Source: Elusimicrobiota bacterium
GTDB lineage: Bacteria > Elusimicrobiota > Elusimicrobia > Elusimicrobiales > UBA9959
Length of the DNA stretch: 64,000 nt
Reading direction: 5' to 3'
NCBI GenBank assembly: GCA_036574205.1
Contig: JAINCQ010000014.1
Coordinates: 1,634-65,633 of the forward strand
Part shown: positions 44,759 through 55,045 of the stretch, piece by piece
Layout of the letters: each line of letters opens with the position of its first letter
Position numbering within the stretch: the stretch's first letter is position 1
Made by a program: the position numbers and the translations under genes
Notes under the pieces: model-generated
Databases searched by the model: none
Told to the model about the DNA's origin: nothing
The model's input: the letters and a program-made list of their open reading frames with translations, nothing else

Positions 44759-47274
44759 AAGAAATCTATTCCTCCTGTGGTTTGCCCTGCCAGTACGCTA
44801 ATATTGGTTCTTGAACTCCAGTATATGGTAAATGATGAAACATTAAGATATGGATAATATGAATAAACATTATAAGTCGGATTTGTAGATTGCCTTACCT
44901 CAATCAAATAATTTCCTTCCTCATCTGAAGAAGCCATATAATAAGGCGCGCCAGTTATGCTTTGCGAGCTTAAAGTTGGAAGTGAGGGAGGAGAGCCAGT
45001 AAGGCTTACTGTTGTTACCACAATCAAAGCTCCGCTTCTAATAGGAGAACCCCCATATTTAACACTCCCCCTTACATAGCCAAGAGCATTTGATATGGTA
45101 AAAGTTGTTGAAAAAATGGTACTTCCGGCTGTAGTTATACTGACGGCTTTTGTAGATGGCGAGACTGTTTCTTTCGAATCCACTATAGGCGAAACCACAT
45201 AATTTCCTGTGCTTAAAACATTTGTTATAAACCTTCCATTGTTTGATGTTATCTGCTGATCTCTTGGAACATCATACGCGTCATATACAACAACTGAAAT
45301 CCCGCCAATTGGAATCGTACTCCCGGCAATTGTAACATATCCACTTATCCTTCCACCCTGATATAGGACGAAATCAACGCTTGATTTAATCTCTCCGGCT
45401 GACACATATATTCCAGCAGAGGATATTGAAACATATCTATTGTCAAGATTGTTTGGATTGGCTGTAACCTCAACAAAACCGGTTGAAACCGCAAGTAAAT
45501 ACCTTTTATTTGATTGTACATATGTGTATCCCCCGTCATTTGACACAACCTTAATCGCCGGGCTTATGGGATTACCGAAAACATCAGTTACCATACCGCT
45601 TATATATCCCCATGTTATCATAGAAGAAAGAAAAATTGAGTTTAATGTTGAAGTAGATCCATTTGTTACAGTAAGCGAGTCTATTATAACAGCGTAATTT
45701 GCGCTTGAAATAGAACAGCTCCAGGTACCAGTAGCTATTTCATTTAGCTCAAAATAAGGATATGGAGGTAAGCCTCTTACATATGCTATTGTTGAAATGG
45801 AAAGACCATCTGAACATCCAACAAATGCTCCATTTGCAGGGGTTCCAGATATAACTGGTAAAACTGTCACTGAATTTTTTGGCGAGATTGATATTCCTGA
45901 TGAGTAATCATGAAAATCAAGACTATTATTATTTGAATCATAAGCCGGACCGTAAGATGAATTTACTCCAGCTGTTGATGAATATCTGACATACTGCTCA
46001 CCCTGCTGGAGCCCAATATTTTGCGGTATAGCAGATGTCTCATAAAAAGGTGCAGTCTTTTTCCCACTTGCACCATTATTTCTGTTCCATCCTACCTTAT
46101 CCAGGATAGTATTATCAGAAATTTTATATAACTCAATTGCTCCCCCCCCTTCATCAGGACCATCTACAGAAACAGGTATTATGTTATATTGAGAAAGCGA
46201 AGGATTAAAATATGGAAAATCCAATGATGAATTTGAGTTAGACCAGACAGCATCTGCTTCTATAGATTCCCCGTTTATCGTAATAGGCGTTGTATTAGCA
46301 AATAAATAAAAACCACCACCAGGGATATAATCAGTAATATAATTTATTTGAATATTTTTCTTATTCTCGTCATAAATTCTTTGAAATTTTAACCCAATAT
46401 CTCCATTGACAAGCCAGGAATATGTTGTTGGATTGTATATCTCAATATACTCCTGATCAAAACCTTCGGGGTTTATGGTAGAGCCAACTATCTGAGATAT
46501 TACAAGATGGTCTTTTAACCACGGATAGCCAGTCATTTTACCATATCCCATCCTTGTAAGTAAAACATCTTTAGAAAGAGTCTGGTTTGGAGCTATTGTA
46601 AAAAAACCAAGATATGGGAAATATCCTCTTGCTTCAACATAAAGAGTATAATTCCCCGGTGTAAGATTAACTGTATAATCTCCATTAATATCGCTCACAT
46701 CCTGCATCCCCATATATTCTGCTATATTGATAAAAGCTCCCTGGATAGGAGCCAATGTGGATGAATCTTTAATCCGTCCGGTAATGGCAGCATTTGACAT
46801 AACTGTTTCTTTGTTTGTGTATATACTTGAAATCTGAACTTTTTTCTTTTCTCCATGGTATGTCCACACAACTGTAACTGTTATTTTTTTCATCCCTGTA
46901 TCCGGGGATTCTGGCGGCAGTTCCTGAATAATTCCAGCAGTTTCCAACACGGGAACTATATATGTGTATCTTGTATAATAAACCCCCGCTTCAAGTATAG
47001 TCTCAGGCGGAAAAAAATATGTATCATAAGCAATTGCGGGAGAAAAATCACTTATATAAGCTATCTGTGTTGATGGAACAACCCTATAATAAAGTTTTTG
47101 TTTTAAAATTTGCATTTTTTCCTGAGCAAGATTTACAGCTATTGTTCTATCCTTTGAAAACTGAATGGCTTTTTGAATCCCTTTAAAAGACTCAACTATA
47201 ACCACAATAACAACCGAAAGAATTACCACGCTTATCATCAATTCTGTTATTGTAAATCCTTTCTTAATCTTCAT
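44752..47274 (-). CDS. Giant pilin-like protein: prepilin N-terminus, pseudopilin core, lamin-tail-like domain and about 4 carboxypeptidase-regulatory-like domains
   Basis: The N-terminus MKIKKGFTITELMISVVILSVV contains G|FTITE. There is an LTD-like EYIEIYNPTT...AIELYKISDNTILDKVGW segment. Repeated modules of the form G(R/Y)(I/V)xGxV...GxYxxxVxxGxY occur (ITGRIKD...NGDYTVNLTPGNYTLYV, ISGMVTD, ISGYVTI...NGRFITNVLSTGNYVV, VRGSVKY...EGNYLIEV). Confidence 0.8.
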   Translation of the reverse strand: MKIKKGFTITELMISVVILSVVIVVIVESFKGIQKAIQFSKDRTIAVNLAQEKMQILKQKLYYRVVPSTQIAYISDFSPAIAYDTYFFPPETILEAGVYYTRYTYIVPVLETAGIIQELPPESPDTGMKKITVTVVWTYHGEKKKVQISSIYTNKETVMSNAAITGRIKDSSTLAPIQGAFINIAEYMGMQDVSDINGDYTVNLTPGNYTLYVEARGYFPYLGFFTIAPNQTLSKDVLLTRMGYGKMTGYPWLKDHLVISQIVGSTINPEGFDQEYIEIYNPTTYSWLVNGDIGLKFQRIYDENKKNIQINYITDYIPGGGFYLFANTTPITINGESIEADAVWSNSNSSLDFPYFNPSLSQYNIIPVSVDGPDEGGGAIELYKISDNTILDKVGWNRNNGASGKKTAPFYETSAIPQNIGLQQGEQYVRYSSTAGVNSSYGPAYDSNNNSLDFHDYSSGISISPKNSVTVLPVISGTPANGAFVGCSDGLSISTIAYVRGLPPYPYFELNEIATGTWSCSISSANYAVIIDSLTVTNGSTSTLNSIFLSSMITWGYISGMVTDVFGNPISPAIKVVSNDGGYTYVQSNKRYLLAVSTGFVEVTANPNNLDNRYVSISSAGIYVSAGEIKSSVDFVLYQGGRISGYVTIAGSTIPIGGISVVVYDAYDVPRDQQITSNNGRFITNVLSTGNYVVSPIVDSKETVSPSTKAVSITTAGSTIFSTTFTISNALGYVRGSVKYGGSPIRSGALIVVTTVSLTGSPPSLPTLSSQSITGAPYYMASSDEEGNYLIEVRQSTNPTYNVYSYYPYLNVSSFTIYWSSRTNISVLAGQTTGGIDFLW

Positions 47275-47296
47275 AATTTTTTTTATATATATTTAT

Positions 47297-47325
47297 AGTT
47301 TATACTTAACTGCTAAATATGTCAA
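47297..47325 (-). promoter_or_regulatory. Candidate promoter of the pilin-like operon
   Basis: The minus strand reads TTGACA (47325-47320), a 17-nt spacer, then TAAACT (47302-47297). It lies only about 23 nt from the ATG, and no clear SD follows. AT-rich DNA yields many chance matches of this kind. Confidence 0.35.
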
Positions 47326-47495
47326 TAGTTTTGTTTTATAATAAACATCTCTATTGTTAGTTTTTTCTAAAATCCAAAACTTTAATCTGTAATTATACAC
47401 AATATAGGTCCAATTTACTATTAATTATTGCCTTTTTTTCACTTATAAAATGATATAATTTCTTTTAAAATATATAAGGACTTTAAGGGGGGATT

Positions 47496-47648
47496 ATGAT
47501 GCTATATAAAGAATTAATAAAAAAAAGAGCAAACGAAAGAAAATCTCAAAACTCTTATAATTCAAGGCTCAATAACTGGCAAAAGATAATGGATTCAACC
47601 AACAAGCTTCTTAATTATTATTTAATATCAACATCAAAACAAAATTAG
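47496..47648 (+). CDS. Possible small basic protein (50 aa), below the ORF-track size cutoff
   Basis: AAGGGGGGA lies 5-6 nt upstream of ATGATG. The ORF reads MMLYKELIKKRANERKSQNSYNSRLNNWQKIMDSTNKLLNYYLISTSKQN*. Nothing else is annotated in the 370-nt gap. Confidence 0.3.
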   Translation: MMLYKELIKKRANERKSQNSYNSRLNNWQKIMDSTNKLLNYYLISTSKQN

Positions 47649-48370
47649 TTTTTTTTGATTCTTTCTATAAGAGCTTGTGGATATCCAATATCAATAACTT
47701 TAAGAATGCCTATGTTTTTCTGTGCACAAGCAGCCATAAGCCCGGATTTTGGGAGTCCCATTGTAAGAGTTAAAACCGCTTTTATAAAAACTCCGGTATG
47801 ATGACCTGTATCTGGATTTAATCCAGATGGTATATCTATTGCAATTATGTCTTTTTTAGTCCTATTTGCAATTTGAATCATTTTTTTTACTACTGCCACT
47901 GGCTTTCCAACAGCACTTATCCCCAGCAAAGCGTCAATTATTATATCAGCTTCATTTAACTTGCTTTCAATCTCAGTTATATTTCTAAGAGTGCATAAAT
48001 TTATATCAATTGACTTTTCTTTTGCTTTATTAAGATTCTTTACCACAAGTTCTGGATACCCTCTATCAGAAGGGTTTATTATGAAAATTTTCACATTATT
48101 AAAACCTAAATCCTTTAAATATCTTGCGCATACAAGACCATCCCCCCCATTATGCCCCCTTCCGCATAATACAGATATATTTATCTCAAAATTATTAAAT
48201 TTTTCTTTTACATAATTTGCGACCTCATTTGCGCAAGCTTTACCAGCATTTTCCATCAGGGTCTGTGACGATATTGAATAATCAAGTGTTGCAAGTCTGT
48301 CTATGTATTTCATTTTTTCGGAAGTGACAACAGGCAAGCCATTATATTCTTTTATATTTGGAATTTTCAT
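47645..48370 (-). CDS. nnrE: NAD(P)H-hydrate epimerase (YjeF N-terminal domain)
   Basis: VLCGRGHNGGDGLVCARYL and DALLGIS...IAIDIPSGL, the YjeF_N signature. Confidence 0.8.
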   Translation of the reverse strand: MKIPNIKEYNGLPVVTSEKMKYIDRLATLDYSISSQTLMENAGKACANEVANYVKEKFNNFEINISVLCGRGHNGGDGLVCARYLKDLGFNNVKIFIINPSDRGYPELVVKNLNKAKEKSIDINLCTLRNITEIESKLNEADIIIDALLGISAVGKPVAVVKKMIQIANRTKKDIIAIDIPSGLNPDTGHHTGVFIKAVLTLTMGLPKSGLMAACAQKNIGILKVIDIGYPQALIERIKKN

Positions 48371-50106
48371 TTTCCGCCTCTCATTATTCTATTGTTTTTT
48401 ATAAATTCTTTAAAATCCTTAAAATCCAAACAATTTAAAATATCATTTTTTTCAAGTCCTGCCCTTCTTGCATTATTTACAGCATATTCCATATAATCAA
48501 ACTGGTCTATGGAATGAGCGTCTGAAGAAAGCACAACTTTTAAACCCAACGATTTAACTCTCTTTGCATTAATATCGCTTAAATCAAGTCTCTGAGGCTG
48601 ACCATTAATTTCAAAAACTGTGTTATTTTTGACTGCAATATCAAATATTCTATCATAATCAACATTAATCTCGTCTCTTTCAAGCAATAGTCTTTGTGAA
48701 AGATGAGCTACAACATCACAATAAGGATTTTTAATAGCCTTTATTATTCTTTCTGTTAGCTGTTGTCTATCCATTTTTATCGAGGTATGAACCGCACCAA
48801 TAACAAGATCTACTTTTCTAAGTTCTTCCTCAGTATAAGCAAGTTCTCCGTTTTTTAAAATTTCAAGTTCTATTGACCTCTCAAAAGATACATTTTTGTA
48901 TTTTTTAGAAAGATTTAGTAACTCTTTTTTAGTTTTTTCATATTCATTAAAATCAAGACCATGAACAAAATTTAAAGGAGAAGAATGATCAGAAACAAAA
49001 AACCAGCTATATTTTTTTGAAAGGAAATTCACTATCTCCTCGATTGTGTTTGTACCATCGGTATATGATGTATGACAGTGTATCTCCCCTTTTATATCCT
49101 TTAATTCAACAAGAACTGGCAATCTCCCTTCCAATGCAAGTTCTATTTCTCCATTATCTTCTCTTAACTCAGGTGGCACATAAAAAAGTCCAAGCTTCTT
49201 ATATATCTCCTGTTCATCTTTGCCGGCAATTTTTTCCTTAGATCCATAGTTTTTGAAAAGTCCGTACTCATTTAAAGTATATCCAAGTTTATTGGCAATC
49301 TCCCTTAATCTTATATTATGTTGCTTTGAACCTGTAAAATAGCAAAGCGCAGCGCCATAAGAATCTTCATCAACGATCCTTAAATCACACTGCATATTAT
49401 TTTTAAGCATAACAGAAGCCTTGCGATCGCCTTTTGAAAGAACTTTTTCAACAAGAGGGTAATTAATAAATTTTTCCGCTATATCAGATTTACCAACTGC
49501 AATTATGTCTATATCTCCAATAGTTTCTTTTTTCCTTCTAAGGCTTCCAGCATATTCAATTTTTTTATATCCAAATCCTTTTAGATATTTTATAATACCA
49601 ATAGCAACTCCCTCTGCATAATTATACAAAAATCTTTTATTTGTATTTGCTCCTTTTTCAAACCATTCAATTATACTTTTTTCTATTTTTTCTCCAAATC
49701 CATCAAGCTGACGTATCTTCCCAAGTTTAGCAAATTCAAAAAGCTTATTCTTTGAGTCTATATTAAGTTTCTCATAAAGTATTTTAACACGTTTTGCGCC
49801 AAGACCCGGAACCCCTACTAATTCAAGCAAACCGGCGGGATATTTTGACAGTAACATGTCAAATTCCGAAAAACTCCCCCTTTCAGAAATTTCTTTTATA
49901 TGGCTTGCTATATTTTTCCCTATCCCTTTTATAGAAATAAGTTCTTTTTCATCTATCTCACTTATAGGACGTGGAAATGAAGAGACAACAACAGCCGCCT
50001 TTTCATAGGCTCTGACTTTAAATATATTTTCGCCGTTTAACTCGCACAAAACGGCCATTTTTTCAAGGATAGAAGCTATCTCGCCGTTAGACCTGCCCAT
50101 AACCAT
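48367..50106 (-). CDS. polX: Family X DNA polymerase with a C-terminal PHP domain (PolX)
   Basis: HhH motifs (IKGIGKNIA, VPGLGAKRV), the pol-beta nucleotidyltransferase motif GSLRRKKETIGDIDII, and the PHP motifs HCHTSYTDG and SSDAHS. Confidence 0.9.
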   Translation of the reverse strand: MVMGRSNGEIASILEKMAVLCELNGENIFKVRAYEKAAVVVSSFPRPISEIDEKELISIKGIGKNIASHIKEISERGSFSEFDMLLSKYPAGLLELVGVPGLGAKRVKILYEKLNIDSKNKLFEFAKLGKIRQLDGFGEKIEKSIIEWFEKGANTNKRFLYNYAEGVAIGIIKYLKGFGYKKIEYAGSLRRKKETIGDIDIIAVGKSDIAEKFINYPLVEKVLSKGDRKASVMLKNNMQCDLRIVDEDSYGAALCYFTGSKQHNIRLREIANKLGYTLNEYGLFKNYGSKEKIAGKDEQEIYKKLGLFYVPPELREDNGEIELALEGRLPVLVELKDIKGEIHCHTSYTDGTNTIEEIVNFLSKKYSWFFVSDHSSPLNFVHGLDFNEYEKTKKELLNLSKKYKNVSFERSIELEILKNGELAYTEEELRKVDLVIGAVHTSIKMDRQQLTERIIKAIKNPYCDVVAHLSQRLLLERDEINVDYDRIFDIAVKNNTVFEINGQPQRLDLSDINAKRVKSLGLKVVLSSDAHSIDQFDYMEYAVNNARRAGLEKNDILNCLDFKDFKEFIKNNRIMRGGK

Positions 50107-50617
50107 AAAAAAGTGAAAGGAAAAATCCTGAAACAGCTATCACAAATATAAGAAGAAATATTAATATATGAGGGAAGAAAACCGATGCGATGGCATTAAT
50201 CATTCCAAATCCGCTGCGTCTTTTTATAACCCATATTCTTAAAATCCAGATAAGAGAAAAAATAATAAAAACCAAAGGAATAAAGCTTTTTTTATTGAAA
50301 GCGATACTAAGATAAGCAAGAGGGATAAATAAAAGAGTTAAATATTCAGTTATTCCATATAAAAAAAACAATTCTTTTGCCCTTATATGCTTATCAGTTT
50401 GCATATCAATATAAAGCGATGTTATCCCGCAAAAAACGAAATTAAATACAAAGAAAAAACTAAAAAGCGCTATAAAAACCACGACACTAAATCCTGTATG
50501 AGCCACAATGGCGAAACAAATATATGAGTTTAAAGCCGCAATGAAATATCCCATTGTAGATATAAAAGAATATTTTTTACCATAAAACCTTTCAATTTCA
50601 GAAAGAAAAGATTCCAT
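50087..50617 (-). CDS. Integral membrane protein of unknown function (about 5 TM)
   Basis: Hydrophobic 176-aa ORF sitting between sppA and polX on the same strand. Confidence 0.5.
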   Translation of the reverse strand: MESFLSEIERFYGKKYSFISTMGYFIAALNSYICFAIVAHTGFSVVVFIALFSFFFVFNFVFCGITSLYIDMQTDKHIRAKELFFLYGITEYLTLLFIPLAYLSIAFNKKSFIPLVFIIFSLIWILRIWVIKRRSGFGMINAIASVFFPHILIFLLIFVIAVSGFFLSLFYGYGQV

Positions 50618-50624
50618 TTAACCT

Positions 50625-51620
50625 CTAAAAAACCATTTTATATTCAAGCAAAGGGGTTTCAACTTTATTTATAAAAGAAATTTTTGAATCAATCATATCA
50701 AAAATACTGCTAAAAAAACCAGCTTTAGCTCTAACCACAGCAGGATTTTTTCCTATGCCAGCCATAATACCAGCCTCATCTATTGCGTCATAAAGATCTC
50801 CCAATTTGTCTACAAGTCCATTTTGAACCGCTTGATTACCGGTAAAAACCCTTCCATCAGCTATCTCTTTAACTTTTTCTTTAGGTATTTTCCTGCCTGA
50901 AGAAACAACCTCAACAAAAGTATTATATGTATCATCTATCATTTCCTGTAATAGTGCTTTTTCTTCTTTTGTCATCTCCCTTGAAAACGATCCTATATCC
51001 TTAAATTTTCCTGATTTAATAATATTAGATTTTACACCTATTTTCTTGAAAAGCTCCTCTCCCTGCATTGTTGAAAAAATCACGCCTATTGAGCCAGTTA
51101 TTGTCCCTGGATTTGAAATTATTTTATCACAGGCAACAGATATATAATAAGCGCCGCTTGCCGCCACATCTCCAAAATGAGCAATAATAGGTTTTCTTGT
51201 CTGCTCCTTTATTTTTTTTATAGCTGAATAAATCTCCTGAACCGCTCCAACGCTTCCACCGCCAGAATTGATATCAAGAACTATTGCTTTTATATTCCTG
51301 TCTTCTCCATATCTTTTTATCATACTAACTATAAAATCGCTTCCTTTCTCGTTTATAGAAGAATCCTTTTTATATATAGCGCCATAAATGGGTATAATAG
51401 CAACCTTATTTTTTAAATTTTTCTTTTCTACGGTTGAAATAACATCATTATCAAGCCTTATTTTTCTGTTTTTTGAGATAAACTTTAAGGAAATAAAAAT
51501 AGAAATTAAATAAAGCATTGAAAATAGAATAAAAAAAACTGTAAGCGGAGTCCATTTTGACGGCGATTTCTGAATATTAATAGATCCATCACTTTTTATG
51601 TTATTATTTTCATCCATCAA
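50625..51620 (-). CDS. sppA: Signal peptide peptidase SppA (36K type)
   Basis: An N-terminal TM helix, then ClpP/crotonase-fold S49 motifs (VLDINSGGGSV, GDVAASGAYYIS, GSIGV). Confidence 0.88.
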   Translation of the reverse strand: MMDENNNIKSDGSINIQKSPSKWTPLTVFFILFSMLYLISIFISLKFISKNRKIRLDNDVISTVEKKNLKNKVAIIPIYGAIYKKDSSINEKGSDFIVSMIKRYGEDRNIKAIVLDINSGGGSVGAVQEIYSAIKKIKEQTRKPIIAHFGDVAASGAYYISVACDKIISNPGTITGSIGVIFSTMQGEELFKKIGVKSNIIKSGKFKDIGSFSREMTKEEKALLQEMIDDTYNTFVEVVSSGRKIPKEKVKEIADGRVFTGNQAVQNGLVDKLGDLYDAIDEAGIMAGIGKNPAVVRAKAGFFSSIFDMIDSKISFINKVETPLLEYKMVF

Positions 51621-51731
51621 TCCTCCTTTTTAAATATTATATCATTTATTAAATCTTACTTATAAACCTCTTTTTTTTAGACTTTTTATGCTTTTACAAT
51701 ACATTCGTTTTATTTATAAAATATACTTATT

Positions 51732-52793
51732 ATGGCAAAGGTTATAGTTGCTATGAGTGGCGGGATAGATTCAAGCGTAACCGCATTTCTGCTCAAAAAA
51801 GCTGGATTTGAGGTAATCGGGATAACATTAAGACTTTTCAAAAAAAACTCTAAATGCTGCGGTGGAGATGAATCCATAGAGAAATTTAAGAAAATATGCC
51901 ATAAAATAGGTATAAAATATTATATAAAAAATGCTATAAACATTTTTGAAAAAGAAGTGGTTGAAGAATTTGTTAAAGATTATATCTCAGGAAAAACTCC
52001 AAATCCATGTGTTGAATGTAATAGAAAATTGAAATTTGAGTATCTTTTTAATATAGCTAAATCACTGGGCGCTGATTTTTTTGCAACCGGACATTATGCA
52101 ATAGTAGAAAAATCAACAAATGGGGAATACTTTCTAAAAAGAGGAATAGATAAAGAAAAAGATCAGAGCTATTTTCTCTATCCAATAAAAAAGGAAATTC
52201 TTCCATATATAATTTTTCCACTAGGAAATCTTTTGAAAGAAAATGTTAAAAAAATAGCTCAGGAAAATAATATCCCTGTTAATATTAATATAGAAAGTAA
52301 AGATATATGTTTTATAGAAGGTGGTAATTACTCTCTATGGCTTAAAAAAAATGGTTATGCTAATTCATCTGATGGATATATTAAAGATACGGGCGGGAAA
52401 ATATTAAAAAAACATAATGGTTTATATAACTTTACAATAGGACAAAGAAAAAAAATTGGAGTCAGTTCTACGGAAAGACTTTATGTAATAGACACAATTC
52501 CAGGTGAAAATACAGTGATTGTTGGAAAACACTCAGAGGCATTTTCAAAAGGAATGATTATAAAAAATCTTAACTGGTTTGTAGACCCCATAGATTTACA
52601 AAACAAGAAAATATATGCACAAATAAGATACAGGCATATCCCAAAACCCGGAAAACTAATTAAAAAGGGCGAAAATAATATAGAATTTATGTTTAATGAA
52701 AGGGAATTTGCTGTTACTAAAGGACAATCCTGCGTTTTTTATGAAAATGATCGTGTTATTGGCGGCGGGATTATAGAAGAAGTAATACGATAA
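51732..52793 (+). CDS. mnmA: tRNA-specific 2-thiouridylase MnmA
   Basis: PP-loop VAMSGGIDSSV, TPNPCVECNR, ATGHYA and KDQSYFL. Confidence 0.93.
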   Translation: MAKVIVAMSGGIDSSVTAFLLKKAGFEVIGITLRLFKKNSKCCGGDESIEKFKKICHKIGIKYYIKNAINIFEKEVVEEFVKDYISGKTPNPCVECNRKLKFEYLFNIAKSLGADFFATGHYAIVEKSTNGEYFLKRGIDKEKDQSYFLYPIKKEILPYIIFPLGNLLKENVKKIAQENNIPVNINIESKDICFIEGGNYSLWLKKNGYANSSDGYIKDTGGKILKKHNGLYNFTIGQRKKIGVSSTERLYVIDTIPGENTVIVGKHSEAFSKGMIIKNLNWFVDPIDLQNKKIYAQIRYRHIPKPGKLIKKGENNIEFMFNEREFAVTKGQSCVFYENDRVIGGGIIEEVIR

Positions 52794-52807
52794 TCAATGG
52801 AGGAAGA

Positions 52808-53896
52808 ATGGAAGAAATAATAAAAAGGAAAAAAATAAATGTTGCTGTGTTTTTTGGCGGAGAGTCGGTTGAACATGAGGTTTCAATACAATCCGCAAAA
52901 AATATAATAAATGAGTTGAAAAATAAAAATGAAATAAATCTTATACCTATTTTTGTTGATAAGGAAGGAAAATGGCATAATGTTGAATCTGATATTGAAA
53001 ATATAAAAAAAATTGGAGAGGTATCATACAACTTTTCTAAAAAAGAACTTCAATTAAACGGCAAAAAAGCTGAAATTGATATCGCTTTTTCACTTATTCA
53101 CGGAAACATTGGAGAAGATGGCAAAATTCAGGGGCTTTTTGAAATTATGAATGTAGCTTATACCGGATCAGATCTTACTTCTTCAGCTATAGCAATGAAT
53201 AAAAAATTATCCAAGATACTGGCAGCTCGTGAAGGTGTTCCAGTCCTTGATGATATGATTGTAACAAAAAATAATTTTCTTAAAAACAAACAAGAAATTC
53301 TTAAAAAAATAAAAAAAATAAAATTACCTATTTTTGTTAAACCAGTTTCTTTAGGTTCATCCGTGGGAGTGTCAAAAGTCAGTAAACAAGGCGAAATGGA
53401 AAAAGCTATTTTAAATGCTTTTAAATATGAAGATACTATTATGGTTGAAAAAGGGATAGAAAGAGCAAGAGAAATTGTCTGCGGGATACTGGGATCTCAA
53501 GATGATATGAAAACATCACCATGTGGAGAGATCAGAATTAAGGGAAAGCATGAATTTTACGATTATTCTGCAAAATATATAGACAATAATGCAATGGAGC
53601 TTGATATCCCCGCAAATATTGACATCAAGACCCATGAAAAAATTCAGGAATATTCCAAAAAAGTGTTTAAATCTATTGGATGTTATGGTTTTGCAAGAGT
53701 AGATTTCCTTATGGACCTAAAGAACGGCAAAATATATTTTTGTGAGATAAATACTATACCTGGATTTACTTCTCATAGCCTTTTTCCAAAATTATGGCAA
53801 AAAGCTGGAGTTAATTTAAAAGAACAATTAAAACAGATATCTTTACTTGCGATTGAAAGACAAAAAATAAAATCAAAATTCAAAAAAACTATATGA
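52808..53896 (+). CDS. ddl: D-alanine--D-alanine ligase
   Basis: VAVFFGGESVEHEVS, HGNIGEDGKIQG, an ATP-grasp region (FVKPVSLGSSVGV), and a C-terminal EINTIPGFT. Confidence 0.93.
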   Translation: MEEIIKRKKINVAVFFGGESVEHEVSIQSAKNIINELKNKNEINLIPIFVDKEGKWHNVESDIENIKKIGEVSYNFSKKELQLNGKKAEIDIAFSLIHGNIGEDGKIQGLFEIMNVAYTGSDLTSSAIAMNKKLSKILAAREGVPVLDDMIVTKNNFLKNKQEILKKIKKIKLPIFVKPVSLGSSVGVSKVSKQGEMEKAILNAFKYEDTIMVEKGIERAREIVCGILGSQDDMKTSPCGEIRIKGKHEFYDYSAKYIDNNAMELDIPANIDIKTHEKIQEYSKKVFKSIGCYGFARVDFLMDLKNGKIYFCEINTIPGFTSHSLFPKLWQKAGVNLKEQLKQISLLAIERQKIKSKFKKTI

Positions 53897-55044
53897 AAGA
53901 AGTTATTCTAAAACATCCTCCAAAAGGGCCTTTGATATTTAAAAGGATGATAAAAAATATCCCACCTCAAATAATGAAAGGTGAAATAGTCAGAATATTG
54001 AATAAAAATGGAGAGTTTTTTGGATATGCATTTTATAATCCAAAAAGTGCAATAGTGTTTAGAACGATAACAAGAGAATATATTGATAATTTTGATATAA
54101 AAGCTTATATAAAAGAAAAAATTTTAAGCGCCGCAGAGTTTAGAAAAAAATTTAATCTTCCAAATAATGAAACTAATGCATACCGTCTTATCCACGATTG
54201 GGGAGATGGACTTTGTGGACTTACGATAGATATGTTTTCTAACTGCGCTGTGGTAGAAATATATTCATATGGATATTATCTTTTAAGAGAAGAGATAGAG
54301 AGAATTTTAAAAGAAATATATAACGATATATATGTATATTTTAAGGCTACATCATATACTCAAACAATGGAAGGGTTTAAAATGAATTTTGAAAGCCAAA
54401 GTAAAACTGTGAGGATAAAAGAAAACGGAATAATATTTGAAATAAGGTTAGGAGAAGGGTATAAGAGTGGTTTTTTTCTGGACCAGCGAGAAAACAGAAA
54501 ATATTTATCTAATTTTGCTGAAGGTAAGACCATGCTTGATCTTTTTTCATATACAGGAGGCTTTGGCCTTTATTCCAAAAAAAATGGAGCAAAAGAGGTT
54601 ACCTCTGTTGATTTAGACGAATATGCTATAGAGCAACTTAAAAGAAATGCAAATCTAAATAAATTAAAGATTAATGTTGTAAGGTCAGATGTATTTACAT
54701 ATATGCGTCAGATGATTGAAAATAAAAACGAATATGATATAGTAGTTTTAGATCCAAATAAGATTATAACTTCAAGAGAAAATAAGGAAGAAGGAATAAT
54801 AGAATACATAGATTTAAATAAACTTGCCTTAAAGCTTGTTAAAAAAAATGGGATTTTTTTAACCTGCTCATGTAGTGGAATGCTCTATATAGATGAATTT
54901 ATTGAAATAATAAAAAAATCAGCTTCTATAGCAAAAAGAACTGTAAAAGTCTTTAAAAAATCAGGGGCAGGTCCTGATCACCCTTTTACCATAAACTATC
55001 CAGAAGGTGAGTATCTTAAAGCGATATGGTGTTTTGTAGAATAA
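53893..55044 (+). CDS. rlmI: RlmI-like 23S rRNA m5C methyltransferase (PUA plus class I MTase)
   Basis: A PUA-like N-terminus, then GFFLDQRENR, LDLFSYTGGFG, VVLDPNK and CSCSG. Confidence 0.78.
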   Translation: MKEVILKHPPKGPLIFKRMIKNIPPQIMKGEIVRILNKNGEFFGYAFYNPKSAIVFRTITREYIDNFDIKAYIKEKILSAAEFRKKFNLPNNETNAYRLIHDWGDGLCGLTIDMFSNCAVVEIYSYGYYLLREEIERILKEIYNDIYVYFKATSYTQTMEGFKMNFESQSKTVRIKENGIIFEIRLGEGYKSGFFLDQRENRKYLSNFAEGKTMLDLFSYTGGFGLYSKKNGAKEVTSVDLDEYAIEQLKRNANLNKLKINVVRSDVFTYMRQMIENKNEYDIVVLDPNKIITSRENKEEGIIEYIDLNKLALKLVKKNGIFLTCSCSGMLYIDEFIEIIKKSASIAKRTVKVFKKSGAGPDHPFTINYPEGEYLKAIWCFVE

Positions 55045-55045
55045 C

